IMG/VR virus record: IMGVR_UViG_3300030012_002808
Length of the DNA stretch: 64,000 bases
Source of the DNA: an uncultured virus (IMG/VR IMGVR_UViG_3300030012_002808)
Lineage: Duplodnaviria > Heunggongvirae > Uroviricota > Caudoviricetes
Direction: 5' to 3' (one strand)
This document shows positions 15,942 through 25,501 of the stretch, in pieces. The translations under genes were made by a program, and so were the position numbers. The stretch's first letter is position 1. Each line of letters begins with the position of its first letter. The notes below the pieces were generated by a model. It worked only from the letters and a program-made list of their open reading frames with translations, searched no databases and was not told where the DNA came from.

Positions 15942-16242
15942 GCTTGCTTTCAAGTTATTTACTGAAAAACTTTCTGAAGGACAAGAGGTAGACATTTTTA
16001 TGTCTATCTCTGAGTCCAATGGAAGTGGTGCACAGATATCAAAGGTGCATAAATGTATACGTGAACTAGCCAAGGAGAGTGGCTATAGCTTTGATGATAT
16101 GAAAAAGCTAGTAAAAGAAAAAGCAGGATTACTTTTAGTTGATGACTATAAGTCTTTTGCTGATTGTAATAAGAGTGAATTAAGTTTAGCTATACAAGCT
16201 TGTATAGAAATAGGTGAGTTCTACAATGTTAATCTTCATTAG
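15880..16242 (+). CDS. NinB/Orf-like recombination-associated protein
   Basis: S.AQ...H..IRELA...G...DDMK......KSFA.C.K.EL...I pattern. Confidence 0.55.
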   Translation: MFSAKLKMKDGKLVYPKKMDKLAFKLFTEKLSEGQEVDIFMSISESNGSGAQISKVHKCIRELAKESGYSFDDMKKLVKEKAGLLLVDDYKSFADCNKSELSLAIQACIEIGEFYNVNLH

Positions 16243-16546
16243 ATAAATCAGGTTTTTCAAAACCTGGGTCATTTGGAAGTAATATTTCAGTCTCTTCTAT
16301 TTTATCTTGTTTATCAGCCTGAACTTCAATTTCAGCTAGTAATAAGGTCAATGTATAAACACCTTTTTCAGGATCTGTCATCTTATCAAAGTCTTTTTTC
16401 ATAATAGATTGTAAATCAGAAGCACTTTTGATTTCCATACCACTTATAAGAAATCCTGACAGATCCTTGACCATTTTATAGAAGATTTTATTTACTTCAA
16501 TAGTAACAATAGCATCTTCTTTTATTTGTTTAACTTTAGCTGGCAT
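16229..16546 (-). CDS. hypothetical protein, lone reverse-strand gene in the + arm
   Basis: likely start ATG 16546 (MPAKVKQIKEDA...), fills the gap between + genes. Confidence 0.7.
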   Translation of the reverse strand: MPAKVKQIKEDAIVTIEVNKIFYKMVKDLSGFLISGMEIKSASDLQSIMKKDFDKMTDPEKGVYTLTLLLAEIEVQADKQDKIEETEILLPNDPGFEKPDLSNED

Positions 16547-16550
16547 ACAG

Positions 16551-16558
16551 CAAATATA
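16551..16558 (-). promoter_or_regulatory. Bacteroidota -7 element for the reverse gene
   Basis: minus strand reads TATATTTG-CTGT-ATG. Confidence 0.55.
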
Positions 16559-16567
16559 AAAAATTAT

Positions 16568-17287
16568 ATGGAAAAAACACAAATAGCAGATATTAAACAA
16601 AAAATGTTTGACAAACTTAAAGATAGCGGTTGGCAAAAAGTTTTTAAACATTATATATTTAGCACCGAATTTGTAGAAGCTTTATTAACCTTAGATAAAT
16701 TAGTTAAGGAGGGTAAAAGATTTACACCCCCTTTAAAAAATTTATTTAAAGCCTTTGAAGAATGTAAATATGATGATCTTAAAGTTGTAATTATAGGACA
16801 AGATCCTTACCCGCAGCTTGGCGTAGCAGATGGGATAGCATTTAGTTGTTCTCAAGTAGATAAGCCTCAACCGTCTTTAAGATATATTTTTGATGAATTA
16901 AAGAATCAGTATACTGCATTTAGAACTAATGATTTATTATATAATCCATTAGATTTAAAAAGATGGAGTAATCAAGGTATCTTGATGTTGAATACAGCAC
17001 TTACTTGTGAAGTAAATAATATTGGTTCTCATTATGATATTTGGAAAACATTTACAGCCCATTTATTAACGTATTTAAATGATAATTATACAGGCATAAT
17101 TTATGTTTTTATGGGTAAAAAAGCAGAAAGTTGGAGTGATTTAATTAGTGATGAGTTTAATTACAAAATTAATGTTTCACATCCAGCATCAGCTGCATAT
17201 AAAGGTGGAAAATGGGACTCTAAAAACTTATTTAAAGAGATAAATAAGATAATATATGATAATACAAAACAACAAATAATCTGGTAA
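16568..17287 (+). CDS. ung: uracil-DNA glycosylase, family 1
   Basis: VVIIGQDPY, GIAFS, PSL..I, QGILMLN.ALT, HPAS; start taken as ATG 16568. Confidence 0.92.
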   Translation: MEKTQIADIKQKMFDKLKDSGWQKVFKHYIFSTEFVEALLTLDKLVKEGKRFTPPLKNLFKAFEECKYDDLKVVIIGQDPYPQLGVADGIAFSCSQVDKPQPSLRYIFDELKNQYTAFRTNDLLYNPLDLKRWSNQGILMLNTALTCEVNNIGSHYDIWKTFTAHLLTYLNDNYTGIIYVFMGKKAESWSDLISDEFNYKINVSHPASAAYKGGKWDSKNLFKEINKIIYDNTKQQIIW

Positions 17288-17874
17288 TGGATGATATATT
17301 TAATAGGTTAGTTAGTGAGGATATAAGTCCTAATAGTTACTATGTTTTACACTGTATTAAAAATAAACTAGTTCCTAAAAAATTTGTAAATAAATCTTTA
17401 GAAGTTAGAAGATTGCAAGATGATGGCTGGTTAAAAGATAATTTGGAGTTAACTAGTAAAAGCATTATCTTTATTGAAGAAATTGGAGGATTTTTTAAAA
17501 AAACCAAGAAGAAATCTGCAAAGAATATAATGGGTAAAGATTTTAGTGATAAAATCAAAGCATATGTAAGTATGTTTCCTAATAAAAAATTACCATCAGG
17601 TAAATATGCAAGGGTCAACCCAAAAAATCTTGAAAATTCTTTTAGATGGTTTTTTGAAAATTTTGACTATACGTGGGAGTTAATTGGTAAAGCTACTGAA
17701 AAGTATGTAAAAGACTATGAACTCAATAATTTTGATTATATGCGTACAAGTCAATACTTCATAAGAAAACAAAATAATGATAAAACATGGGAGTCTGAAT
17801 TAGCTAATTACTGTGAATTGTTGAATAGTGATGAGTATAATGAGACTGTCTATTTTAAAGATGAAGTTGATTAA
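17287..17874 (+). CDS. hypothetical replication-region protein (possible wHTH, initiator or loader)
   Basis: 195 aa upstream of DnaB; L.DDGWL....LTSK. Confidence 0.7.
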   Translation: MDDIFNRLVSEDISPNSYYVLHCIKNKLVPKKFVNKSLEVRRLQDDGWLKDNLELTSKSIIFIEEIGGFFKKTKKKSAKNIMGKDFSDKIKAYVSMFPNKKLPSGKYARVNPKNLENSFRWFFENFDYTWELIGKATEKYVKDYELNNFDYMRTSQYFIRKQNNDKTWESELANYCELLNSDEYNETVYFKDEVD

Positions 17875-18047
17875 TGACAAAAATTAATTTATTTTTTATT
17901 GCAATTTTGGGTAGTGCATTTGCATTTAGTATTATTAATTTATTTATAGTAGATATTACTATAATACAGTTTATAACTATAGAATTAATAATTTCTGGAT
18001 TACATGCTCTATATAATTTAGCAAAAAAGGAAGCCTTAAATTCATAA
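17874..18047 (+). CDS. small membrane protein (not in ORF track)
   Basis: 57 aa MTKINLFFIAILGSAFAFSII..., fills the gap exactly. Confidence 0.55.
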   Translation: MTKINLFFIAILGSAFAFSIINLFIVDITIIQFITIELIISGLHALYNLAKKEALNS

Positions 18048-18048
18048 T

Positions 18049-19044
18049 ATGAGTAATTACAATAATGCATCACCACTAAAGCCAGTGAGTGAAAGGGATT
18101 CCTTGCGTAAAGCTTTAACTAAAATGAAAGCTAGAAGGCAAGGTAAATTACCTTCTTTAGTAACTGCATGGCCAAAGTTTAATGATGCATTTTGTGATGG
18201 TTTAGAATGGAAAACTATTACAGTAATTGGTGCAAGACCAGGCACAGGTAAGACTTTGTTCATGGAACAATTGATAAGCGATATCATAGTAAAAAATCCA
18301 GATCAGAAATTTAGAGTTTTAAAATTTCAGATGGAAATGGTTGATGAAACTAATGGTATTAGAAAATTTAGTTTAAAAACTGGATCAGACTATAATACTT
18401 TAATGAGTAAAGGTGGTAATCTAGTTGATAAAGAAATTTGGAATAAATGTGTTGAGTATTATAATTCAACACAAAATAAAGATATAACAAACGTAGTATA
18501 TGATCAATGTACTATAAGTGAGTTTGAAGCTACGATTGCATATGAGCAAGAAAAATATAAAGAAGACGGAGTATATCCTAATATGCTAGTTACTATAGAT
18601 CATTCAGCCTTATTTGCTGTAGATAGATATGAGAAAGACAAATTTGATATGCTAGGTCATTTAGGAGAAGCTTTAACAAGATTGAAGAAAAAGTATCCTA
18701 TTGCATTTGTTGTATTAAGTCAACTCAATAGGAATATAGAAGACCCTAGAAGGGCTGAAGATGGTACTTATGGTAATTACATTTTAGATTCTGATATATA
18801 TGGTTCGGATGCCTTATTACAACATGCGGATATAGTAATTGGCATTAATAAACCTTCAGGTAGAAGAATAAGAATGTATGGTCCAGAAAAATTTGTAATT
18901 GAAGATCCTGAAACATTAGTATTTCATTGGTTAAAATCTAGAAATGGAACGACTAAAATAAGCTTCTTTAAATTAGATAGAAGTTGTATGAGAATAAGTG
19001 AAATGGACGTACCTGCACAAGGGCAAAAAATATCAATAAGATAA
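18049..19044 (+). CDS. dnaB: DnaB-like replicative helicase (motor domain only)
   Basis: GARPGTGKT, FQMEM, VTIDH, LSQLNR, SDALLQHAD, KSRNG. Confidence 0.92.
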   Translation: MSNYNNASPLKPVSERDSLRKALTKMKARRQGKLPSLVTAWPKFNDAFCDGLEWKTITVIGARPGTGKTLFMEQLISDIIVKNPDQKFRVLKFQMEMVDETNGIRKFSLKTGSDYNTLMSKGGNLVDKEIWNKCVEYYNSTQNKDITNVVYDQCTISEFEATIAYEQEKYKEDGVYPNMLVTIDHSALFAVDRYEKDKFDMLGHLGEALTRLKKKYPIAFVVLSQLNRNIEDPRRAEDGTYGNYILDSDIYGSDALLQHADIVIGINKPSGRRIRMYGPEKFVIEDPETLVFHWLKSRNGTTKISFFKLDRSCMRISEMDVPAQGQKISIR

Positions 19045-19046
19045 AT

Positions 19047-19673
19047 ATGAATATACGAAAAGAAAAAGAAAAAGAGTTCTTAACAGAACACTTGGGTACA
19101 TTAAAAAAAGCAAAGGTTGCTGACCCATTTTTTACAATAAAAACAGCTTTCTTTAAAAAAGGAAAGTATGGCAGACAAGTTCAATTCTTTGAATGGGAAC
19201 TAGAAAAAGCAGAAGATATTTACATAGAATTTTATGATAATGTTTATGATGAAAATAGAACATTAACAGATGTTATACCTATGTATGAAAAAAGATGCTT
19301 ATTTAAACATAAGCATAATCCTTTTTATAAAGAGGAGTATGAGTTAAAAGAAAGTACTAATTCACAAGGTAACCCCTATAGTAGTTATGTTATATCTGTA
19401 TCAGAATTAACAGCAATACTACCTGATGGTAAAGAGGTTACTTATAATGAATGGGAAAAAATACAAGAAGAACCTGAAGTTAAAGAACAAAGTACATTAA
19501 GTATATTTCCTGATTTTGAACAAAAGAAGGAAGAAGACGACCCTAACTATGTTCCTTGGACAAGTCAAAGAGCTGAAAAAGATGCTGAAGACAGTCAAGA
19601 ACCATTACTTATGGTTTTAGAAAGAATAGCAGAAGCATTAGAAGGAATAAAACATGAAATATTAAGAAAATGA
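19047..19673 (+). CDS. hypothetical protein
   Basis: 208 aa, acidic C-terminal half. Confidence 0.75.
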   Translation: MNIRKEKEKEFLTEHLGTLKKAKVADPFFTIKTAFFKKGKYGRQVQFFEWELEKAEDIYIEFYDNVYDENRTLTDVIPMYEKRCLFKHKHNPFYKEEYELKESTNSQGNPYSSYVISVSELTAILPDGKEVTYNEWEKIQEEPEVKEQSTLSIFPDFEQKKEEDDPNYVPWTSQRAEKDAEDSQEPLLMVLERIAEALEGIKHEILRK

Positions 19674-20389
19674 GTATAGTACTTCCAACAAAAAAAGTAA
19701 AAGCTGAACAAGTTAACCCTAAGAGGTTAATTATATATAGTAAACCAAAAGCAGGTAAAACTACTGCCTTTTCTATGTTAGATAATAATCTAATATTAGA
19801 TTTAGAAGGTGGTAGTGGATATGTTGATGCATTAAAAGTTGATGTACCCGATCTAAAAACATTATTAGATACTGGTAAAGCAATTAAAGAAGCTGGTAAA
19901 CCATATAAATATGTAACTGTAGATACTGTAACAGCCTTAGAAAATATGATAATGCCTTTAGCGGTTAAGCTTTACAAAGCTACACCTATGGGTAAAAACT
20001 TTCAAGGTGATAATGTAACTACATTACCGAATGGTGCTGGATATTTATATATTCGTCAAGCTTTCTTTCAAGTTTTAGATTTTATTGATACATTAGCACC
20101 TACAATTATTTTATCTGGTCATATCAAAGACAAAGTTGTTGATGATGACGGAGAAATGGTTATGGCTGCAAATATTGACCTTACAGGTAAAATGAAATCT
20201 TTAATTTGCGCTAATGCTGATGCCATTGGGTATATGTATAGAAAGGGTAGTAAAGCAATTTTATCATTTAAAAATACAGATGATGTAACTTGTGGAGCTA
20301 GACCAAAACACTTAAGAGATCAAGAAATTGTTCTAACTGAAATGAATGAAGAAGTCCTAGAAAATAACTGGGATAAAATTTTTATCTAA
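19670..20389 (+). CDS. AAA_24 / Sak4-like P-loop ATPase
   Basis: YSKPKAGKTT, LDLEGGS, VTVDTVT, ILSGH, ADAIGY. Confidence 0.85.
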   Translation: MSIVLPTKKVKAEQVNPKRLIIYSKPKAGKTTAFSMLDNNLILDLEGGSGYVDALKVDVPDLKTLLDTGKAIKEAGKPYKYVTVDTVTALENMIMPLAVKLYKATPMGKNFQGDNVTTLPNGAGYLYIRQAFFQVLDFIDTLAPTIILSGHIKDKVVDDDGEMVMAANIDLTGKMKSLICANADAIGYMYRKGSKAILSFKNTDDVTCGARPKHLRDQEIVLTEMNEEVLENNWDKIFI

Positions 20390-20413
20390 TAACTAATAAA
20401 AAAAGAAAAACAA

Positions 20414-21094
20414 ATGGGATTAAGTACAACTGATCTAGGAACAGGCAAAGCTGGATTGCCTAAAACAATTTCTCCAGGTAATCACGAGCTTAAAATTAAT
20501 AATATTAAGCTTGAAGAATTTAAATTTATTAATGGCGCATATCATATCATACTAGATGTAGAAACTAAACCAATTGATGGTTTTGAAGGGTTCTTTAGAG
20601 ATAAAGATGATGAAAGCAAAGGTAGATATGAAGGTCAGATAGGTAGACTAAAAGCAAGTCAATATGCATTTGCTGATGGTCAGACTAAGTCTGGAGTAAA
20701 AATTGAAAGAGATAGATCTATCTTAATATTTTTGCAAAATTTATCAAATGCATTAGATATTAACGATTGGTTTCTTGAGCAAGATGGTTCACATGAAACT
20801 ATTGAAGATTTTGTAAAAGCGTTTAATGAAAGCGCTTCTTACAAAGATAAATTTCTAGAGTTTTGTGTGGGTGGTAAAGAATATATGAGTAAATCAGGTT
20901 ATGTAAATTTTGATTTACATCTTCCTAAAGCTCAAAATGGTAAGTATGCTTTTGGTCAAATAGAGTGCGGTAAAACACTCATCTATGATGAAAATAATAT
21001 GAACCACCTAAAAAAATTACCAGTTAAAGAGGTAGAAACTTTTGGGGAAGATTCATTTTCTGCAAATGGTTCAGCTGATTTTGATTTAGATTAG
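20414..21094 (+). CDS. putative single-stranded DNA-binding protein
   Basis: follows the Sak4-like gene, ISPGNHELKI N-terminus, acidic-aromatic tail ADFDLD. Confidence 0.6.
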   Translation: MGLSTTDLGTGKAGLPKTISPGNHELKINNIKLEEFKFINGAYHIILDVETKPIDGFEGFFRDKDDESKGRYEGQIGRLKASQYAFADGQTKSGVKIERDRSILIFLQNLSNALDINDWFLEQDGSHETIEDFVKAFNESASYKDKFLEFCVGGKEYMSKSGYVNFDLHLPKAQNGKYAFGQIECGKTLIYDENNMNHLKKLPVKEVETFGEDSFSANGSADFDLD

Positions 21095-21109
21095 GTATAA
21101 CAGCCAGCC

Positions 21110-21152
21110 AAAAAAAGAGGGGGTTGCATATATAAATGTAACTCCCTTTTTT
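21110..21152. terminator. intrinsic terminator
   Basis: A7-GAGGGGGTTGCAT...ATGTAACTCCC-T6. Confidence 0.8.
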
Positions 21153-21168
21153 ATTTAACTTTATTATT

Positions 21169-22140
21169 ATGATTTCAACTACAAATTTAATTACAAGTTT
21201 TAATGATGTAAATGATGAGTGGATATTTGAATATTATTTGAATTTAACACAAAAATTATCAGGACAAGATGTAAAAATGAAGTCAGTATTTAATAAGGAT
21301 AAAATACCGTCTATGTTTTTATACTGTAAAGATGGCAAATATAAGTTCAAAGACTTTTCATCTGGCTTTCAAGGTGATGGCATTGAATTAGTAAGGCGTA
21401 TGTTTGGATTAGATACAAGAGGTCAAGCTATAAGTAAAATTATTGATACTTATCAAGACTATGTAAAAAATCATAATATACAAAATACTGTAATTCAACA
21501 ACATGATAAATGGAAAGTATCTGATTATGAAGTAAGAAATTGGAATAATTTTGATGCTGAGTACTGGACATCTTTTAATATTAATACAAGAATATTAAAT
21601 GACTATAATGTATCTCCATTAAAATATTTTACAATGGATAAAGAGTTATTAGATGGAGCTACAAGAACTTTAAAGTTTAGCAAAGCATACACATATGGTT
21701 ACTTTAGAGATACTGGTGAGTTGTATAAGATTTATATGCCAAAAAATCCTGATAAAAAGTTTATTAAAGTTCAAGATTATATACAAGGTAAAGATCAGCT
21801 AAAATATGATTCTAAGTATTTGATAATTACATCATCATTGAAGGATCTAATGTCACTTAAAAGAATAGGTATCCGTAATATAGAATGTATTGCGCCTGAT
21901 AGTGAGAATAGTTTTATTCCAAAACATTTATTGAAAAGTATAACTACCAATTATAATAAAGTATTTGTATTATTTGACAATGATGGTCCTGGAATTAATT
22001 CTATGAAAAAATATAAAGAGAAATACGGTTTTGATTATGTAATCTTAGATATGGAAAAAGATTTATCTGACTCTATCAAGGTGCACGGTCTTACTAAAAC
22101 CAGAGAGGTTTTGTTACCTCTGTTAAAAAAGCTAATATGA
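21169..22140 (+). CDS. DNA primase (crAss-type TOPRIM)
   Basis: FKDFSSG..GD, YKIYMP, IITSSLKD, APDSE, LFDNDGPG, KDLSD. Confidence 0.85.
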   Translation: MISTTNLITSFNDVNDEWIFEYYLNLTQKLSGQDVKMKSVFNKDKIPSMFLYCKDGKYKFKDFSSGFQGDGIELVRRMFGLDTRGQAISKIIDTYQDYVKNHNIQNTVIQQHDKWKVSDYEVRNWNNFDAEYWTSFNINTRILNDYNVSPLKYFTMDKELLDGATRTLKFSKAYTYGYFRDTGELYKIYMPKNPDKKFIKVQDYIQGKDQLKYDSKYLIITSSLKDLMSLKRIGIRNIECIAPDSENSFIPKHLLKSITTNYNKVFVLFDNDGPGINSMKKYKEKYGFDYVILDMEKDLSDSIKVHGLTKTREVLLPLLKKLI

Positions 22141-22616
22141 AAAAGAGTAAGTACCCTTGGAAAATAGAAATAGAGGATCGTCATCTTGGAAAAAAAAGAC
22201 TATGGGATTTTTATGATGACATGATTCCAGAAGGTGCTGTAGGATTTGTTTACCTGATGAACTACTTAGATAGTAAAAGTGGGATAATGTACGGTTACAT
22301 TGGTAAGAAAAACTTTTACAGTAAGAGAAAGAAAAAGTTTGGAAAGAAAGCGCTAGCTGCTATGACAGACAAAAGAGCTAAGAAGTATGAAATGGTCACT
22401 AAGCTAGACTATGAAAACTATTTTAGCAGCAACAAAGAACTAAAGCAAGCATATAAGGATGGTAAATTAATATACAGAACTATTCTTAAGATTTGTTTTA
22501 GTAAGATGGAGCTAACTTATGAAGAAACCAAAGCACAGTTTAAGTATGAGGTTCTTGAGAGAGATAATTATCTGAATGGAAATATATTAGGAAGATTTTA
22601 TAAAGGAAAAATATGA
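22137..22616 (+). CDS. GIY-YIG nuclease (T4 EndoII-like)
   Basis: GFVY...YIGKK...YFSS...E...YLNGNI. Confidence 0.75.
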   Translation: MKKSKYPWKIEIEDRHLGKKRLWDFYDDMIPEGAVGFVYLMNYLDSKSGIMYGYIGKKNFYSKRKKKFGKKALAAMTDKRAKKYEMVTKLDYENYFSSNKELKQAYKDGKLIYRTILKICFSKMELTYEETKAQFKYEVLERDNYLNGNILGRFYKGKI

Positions 22617-22984
22617 AACTAAGCAATAAGGAAATAAAAAACTTATTGGAAATGCTACTATCTGATGATGAAGATAACCATTATATGGCGTTTCAAGTAA
22701 TTAAACAATCAGATATTACAGATGTACATACCTTAATGGCATTATATGTATATGGTAAACCTGACAAAAAAGAATGGAGTTTAAATGCTTTTAAACATTA
22801 CTGTGCATTAACACAATATTATGATCCTGAAGATTTAACCAGAGTTAATGTTATAGGACATCTTGCATTTATAAAAGATAGAAAGGAGTTGCTTGAAGTA
22901 TGTTTTGAATATTATATCAAGAATACTATAAATCTAGCAAAAACTTTGGGATATAAAGATTTAAAAGTAAAATTAATCAAATGA
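22613..22984 (+). CDS. hypothetical protein with SxDxDN motif
   Basis: 123 aa; NLLEMLLSDDEDNHYMAFQVI. Confidence 0.7.
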   Translation: MKLSNKEIKNLLEMLLSDDEDNHYMAFQVIKQSDITDVHTLMALYVYGKPDKKEWSLNAFKHYCALTQYYDPEDLTRVNVIGHLAFIKDRKELLEVCFEYYIKNTINLAKTLGYKDLKVKLIK

Positions 22985-24222
22985 ATAGACAAGATTCACT
23001 GAGTAAAACATCAAAAGATTTGATGTTAAAGGAACCCTATTATGGTTTCTTTTTATTAATGTTACACAAGAGTTGGAGTGATCAACTACCAACTGCAGGT
23101 GTATGTAAAAATGGCATCAATTTTCAATTGATGATTAATGAGAAGTTCTGGACTGATCTGTCAGAAGATCACAAACTAGGACTACTGAAGCATGAATTAC
23201 TGCACATTGCATTTCAGCATCTTACAACTTTCACTATGTTTAGTGATAAGAAGCTGGCCAATATTGCAATGGATATGGAGATCAATCAGTATATAGATGG
23301 TCACTGGCTACCTGAAGGTGGTATAGATATAAATGATTATACTGATCTTAATCTAGACAGGAAAGCTGGTTCTAGATATTATTATGATAAGCTTAAGCAA
23401 GCTCAACAAGATAAGAAAGATACTGGATCCTGTGGAGATGATAACATGGACAAGCTGCTTGATGGTATAGAGCAAGGTCAATGTCAAGTTACAATTGGAC
23501 CAGGAGGACCTCTTTCTAGTAGTAGTAGAGATGGAGATAAGGACGTTAATATTCCTGATCATGAGTGGGAAGAGTTTGAAGACATGCCTGATGCAGAGAA
23601 GAAGCTTATTGAAAAGCAACTTCAAAGAGTTCTTACTGAAGCTAAGGAGCAAACAATTAAGAAGAGAGGGTATGTACCAGGTGAGATATCAGGTCTTATT
23701 AAGCTTGATGAAGTTATACCACCTAAATTTAATTGGAAAAATTATATCAAGCGCTTCACGGGTATATCTACAAAGATCTTTACTAGAAAGCTAAGAAGAA
23801 AAGAGAACAAAAGGTACTCTGACAATCCTGGCCTTAAAATAAAGATGAGACAAAACATGCTTGTTGGTATTGATACTTCAGGTTCTGTTTGTGATAATGA
23901 ATTAAAAGAGTTTATGAATGAAATACATCATTTGCATAAAGCAGGTGTTGATATTACAATTGTACAATGTGATACTCAAATTCAATCTATCAAAAAGTAT
24001 GATGGAAAATTTGAACTAGAGGTGTCAGGTAGAGGAGGTACTTATTTTGAACCTGTTCTAGAATATTTTGAAGAAAACAGACAGTTTACAAGCTTAATCT
24101 ATTTTACAGATGGAGAGGCTTGGACAGATATGAAACCTAGGAAACCAGTCCTATGGGTATTGTCAGAGAGATCTGATTTTAATGATAACTTACCAGGAAA
24201 ACAAATTAGATTAGAACTTTAA
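22981..24222 (+). CDS. DUF2201-type metallopeptidase-like + vWA protein
   Basis: HELLH...NIAMDMEINQ; vWA IDTSGS, QCDT, GRGGT, YFTDG. Confidence 0.88.
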   Translation: MNRQDSLSKTSKDLMLKEPYYGFFLLMLHKSWSDQLPTAGVCKNGINFQLMINEKFWTDLSEDHKLGLLKHELLHIAFQHLTTFTMFSDKKLANIAMDMEINQYIDGHWLPEGGIDINDYTDLNLDRKAGSRYYYDKLKQAQQDKKDTGSCGDDNMDKLLDGIEQGQCQVTIGPGGPLSSSSRDGDKDVNIPDHEWEEFEDMPDAEKKLIEKQLQRVLTEAKEQTIKKRGYVPGEISGLIKLDEVIPPKFNWKNYIKRFTGISTKIFTRKLRRKENKRYSDNPGLKIKMRQNMLVGIDTSGSVCDNELKEFMNEIHHLHKAGVDITIVQCDTQIQSIKKYDGKFELEVSGRGGTYFEPVLEYFEENRQFTSLIYFTDGEAWTDMKPRKPVLWVLSERSDFNDNLPGKQIRLEL

Positions 24223-24233
24223 ATTAAAAACAA

Positions 24234-25409
24234 ATGAGTAAAAGCACACAATTAAATGTTGATGAGTTGAAAGACTTCTTAAAACATATGGTGAAAAACA
24301 ATCAGCATATTCAAAATGAAGGTAAAGTACCTGTTGCTGTAAATATTGAAGGTGATGCGGGCCTTGGTAAAACATCCGCTATTATGCAGCTTGGTAAAGA
24401 GTTGGATATGGAAGTTGTAAAGATTAATCTATCTCAGATAGAAGAATTAGGTGACCTTGTTGGGTTTCCTGTAAAAGAATTTAAGATTGCTAACAAAGAT
24501 GGCAAGACTACTTGGATTAATGAAAGTCAGATGGATGCTGCAATGAAGAAAGGTTACAAGGTTGTAGATAAAAGAATGTCTCATGCTGCTCCTGAGTGGA
24601 TTCAGGGTAAGTCAGAAGGTGGGTTCTTGGTCCTTGATGATTATACCCGTGCTGATCACAGATTTATGCAAGCTACTATGGAGTTGATTGACAGACAAGA
24701 ATATATTTCTTGGTCTCTTCCAAAGAACTGGCATGTGATCCTGACTACTAATCCTGACAATGGTGACTATCAAGTTACTAGTCTTGATGATGCTCAGAGA
24801 ACTAGATTTATTTCTACTGAAGTAAAGTTTGATTCTAATGTATGGGCTCGTTGGGCAGAGAATGTTGGTATTGACGGTAGATGTATTAACTTCTTATTGA
24901 TGAATCCTGAGACAGTGACTCAGAAAGTTAATCCAAGAAGTATTACTACATTCTTTAACTCTATTAGTTCTATTGATAAGTTTGAGGATGAGTTGCCGCT
25001 GATCAATATGATTGGTGATGGGTCAATTGGTGCAGAGCCTTCTGCATTATTTGCTATGTTTATTAATAACAAGTTAGATAAGATTATTAGCCCTGAGCAG
25101 ATTCTTACAAATGATGATTGGAACTATGTCAAAGGTTCTTTGACTAGTTGCATTGGTAAAGATGATGATTTTAGAGCTGATATCTCTAGTATTATTTCTA
25201 CTAGGATCATCAACTTTGCATTAATGACAGCTAACAAAGGTTCAGTACCACAAAAGATGGTTGATAGAATTATTTCTTTGGTTACTGACTGTGATTCATT
25301 TACAGATGACTTGAGATATTATATGGTTAAAGAGATCCTTAATGGTCACAAAGCCAAATTCTCAAAACTGATGTTGAATCAAAAGGTGGTGGCGATGACT
25401 GTAAAGTAA
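24234..25409 (+). CDS. MoxR-like AAA+ ATPase
   Basis: GDAGLGKT, DLVGFP, LVLDDYTRA, TTNP, LDDAQRTRF, NPRS. Confidence 0.88.
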   Translation: MSKSTQLNVDELKDFLKHMVKNNQHIQNEGKVPVAVNIEGDAGLGKTSAIMQLGKELDMEVVKINLSQIEELGDLVGFPVKEFKIANKDGKTTWINESQMDAAMKKGYKVVDKRMSHAAPEWIQGKSEGGFLVLDDYTRADHRFMQATMELIDRQEYISWSLPKNWHVILTTNPDNGDYQVTSLDDAQRTRFISTEVKFDSNVWARWAENVGIDGRCINFLLMNPETVTQKVNPRSITTFFNSISSIDKFEDELPLINMIGDGSIGAEPSALFAMFINNKLDKIISPEQILTNDDWNYVKGSLTSCIGKDDDFRADISSIISTRIINFALMTANKGSVPQKMVDRIISLVTDCDSFTDDLRYYMVKEILNGHKAKFSKLMLNQKVVAMTVK

Positions 25410-25465
25410 ATCAGGATAAAACAGTTTCCCGTTTTACTAAACATTAACTTAATTAATTTACAGAT

Positions 25466-25490
25466 AGAGGGGTGTAAAAGCCCCTCTTTT
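25466..25490 (+). terminator. intrinsic terminator
   Basis: AGAGGGGT-GTAAAA-GCCCCTCT-TTT. Confidence 0.75.
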
Positions 25491-25501
25491 AAAAATAAAA
25501 A

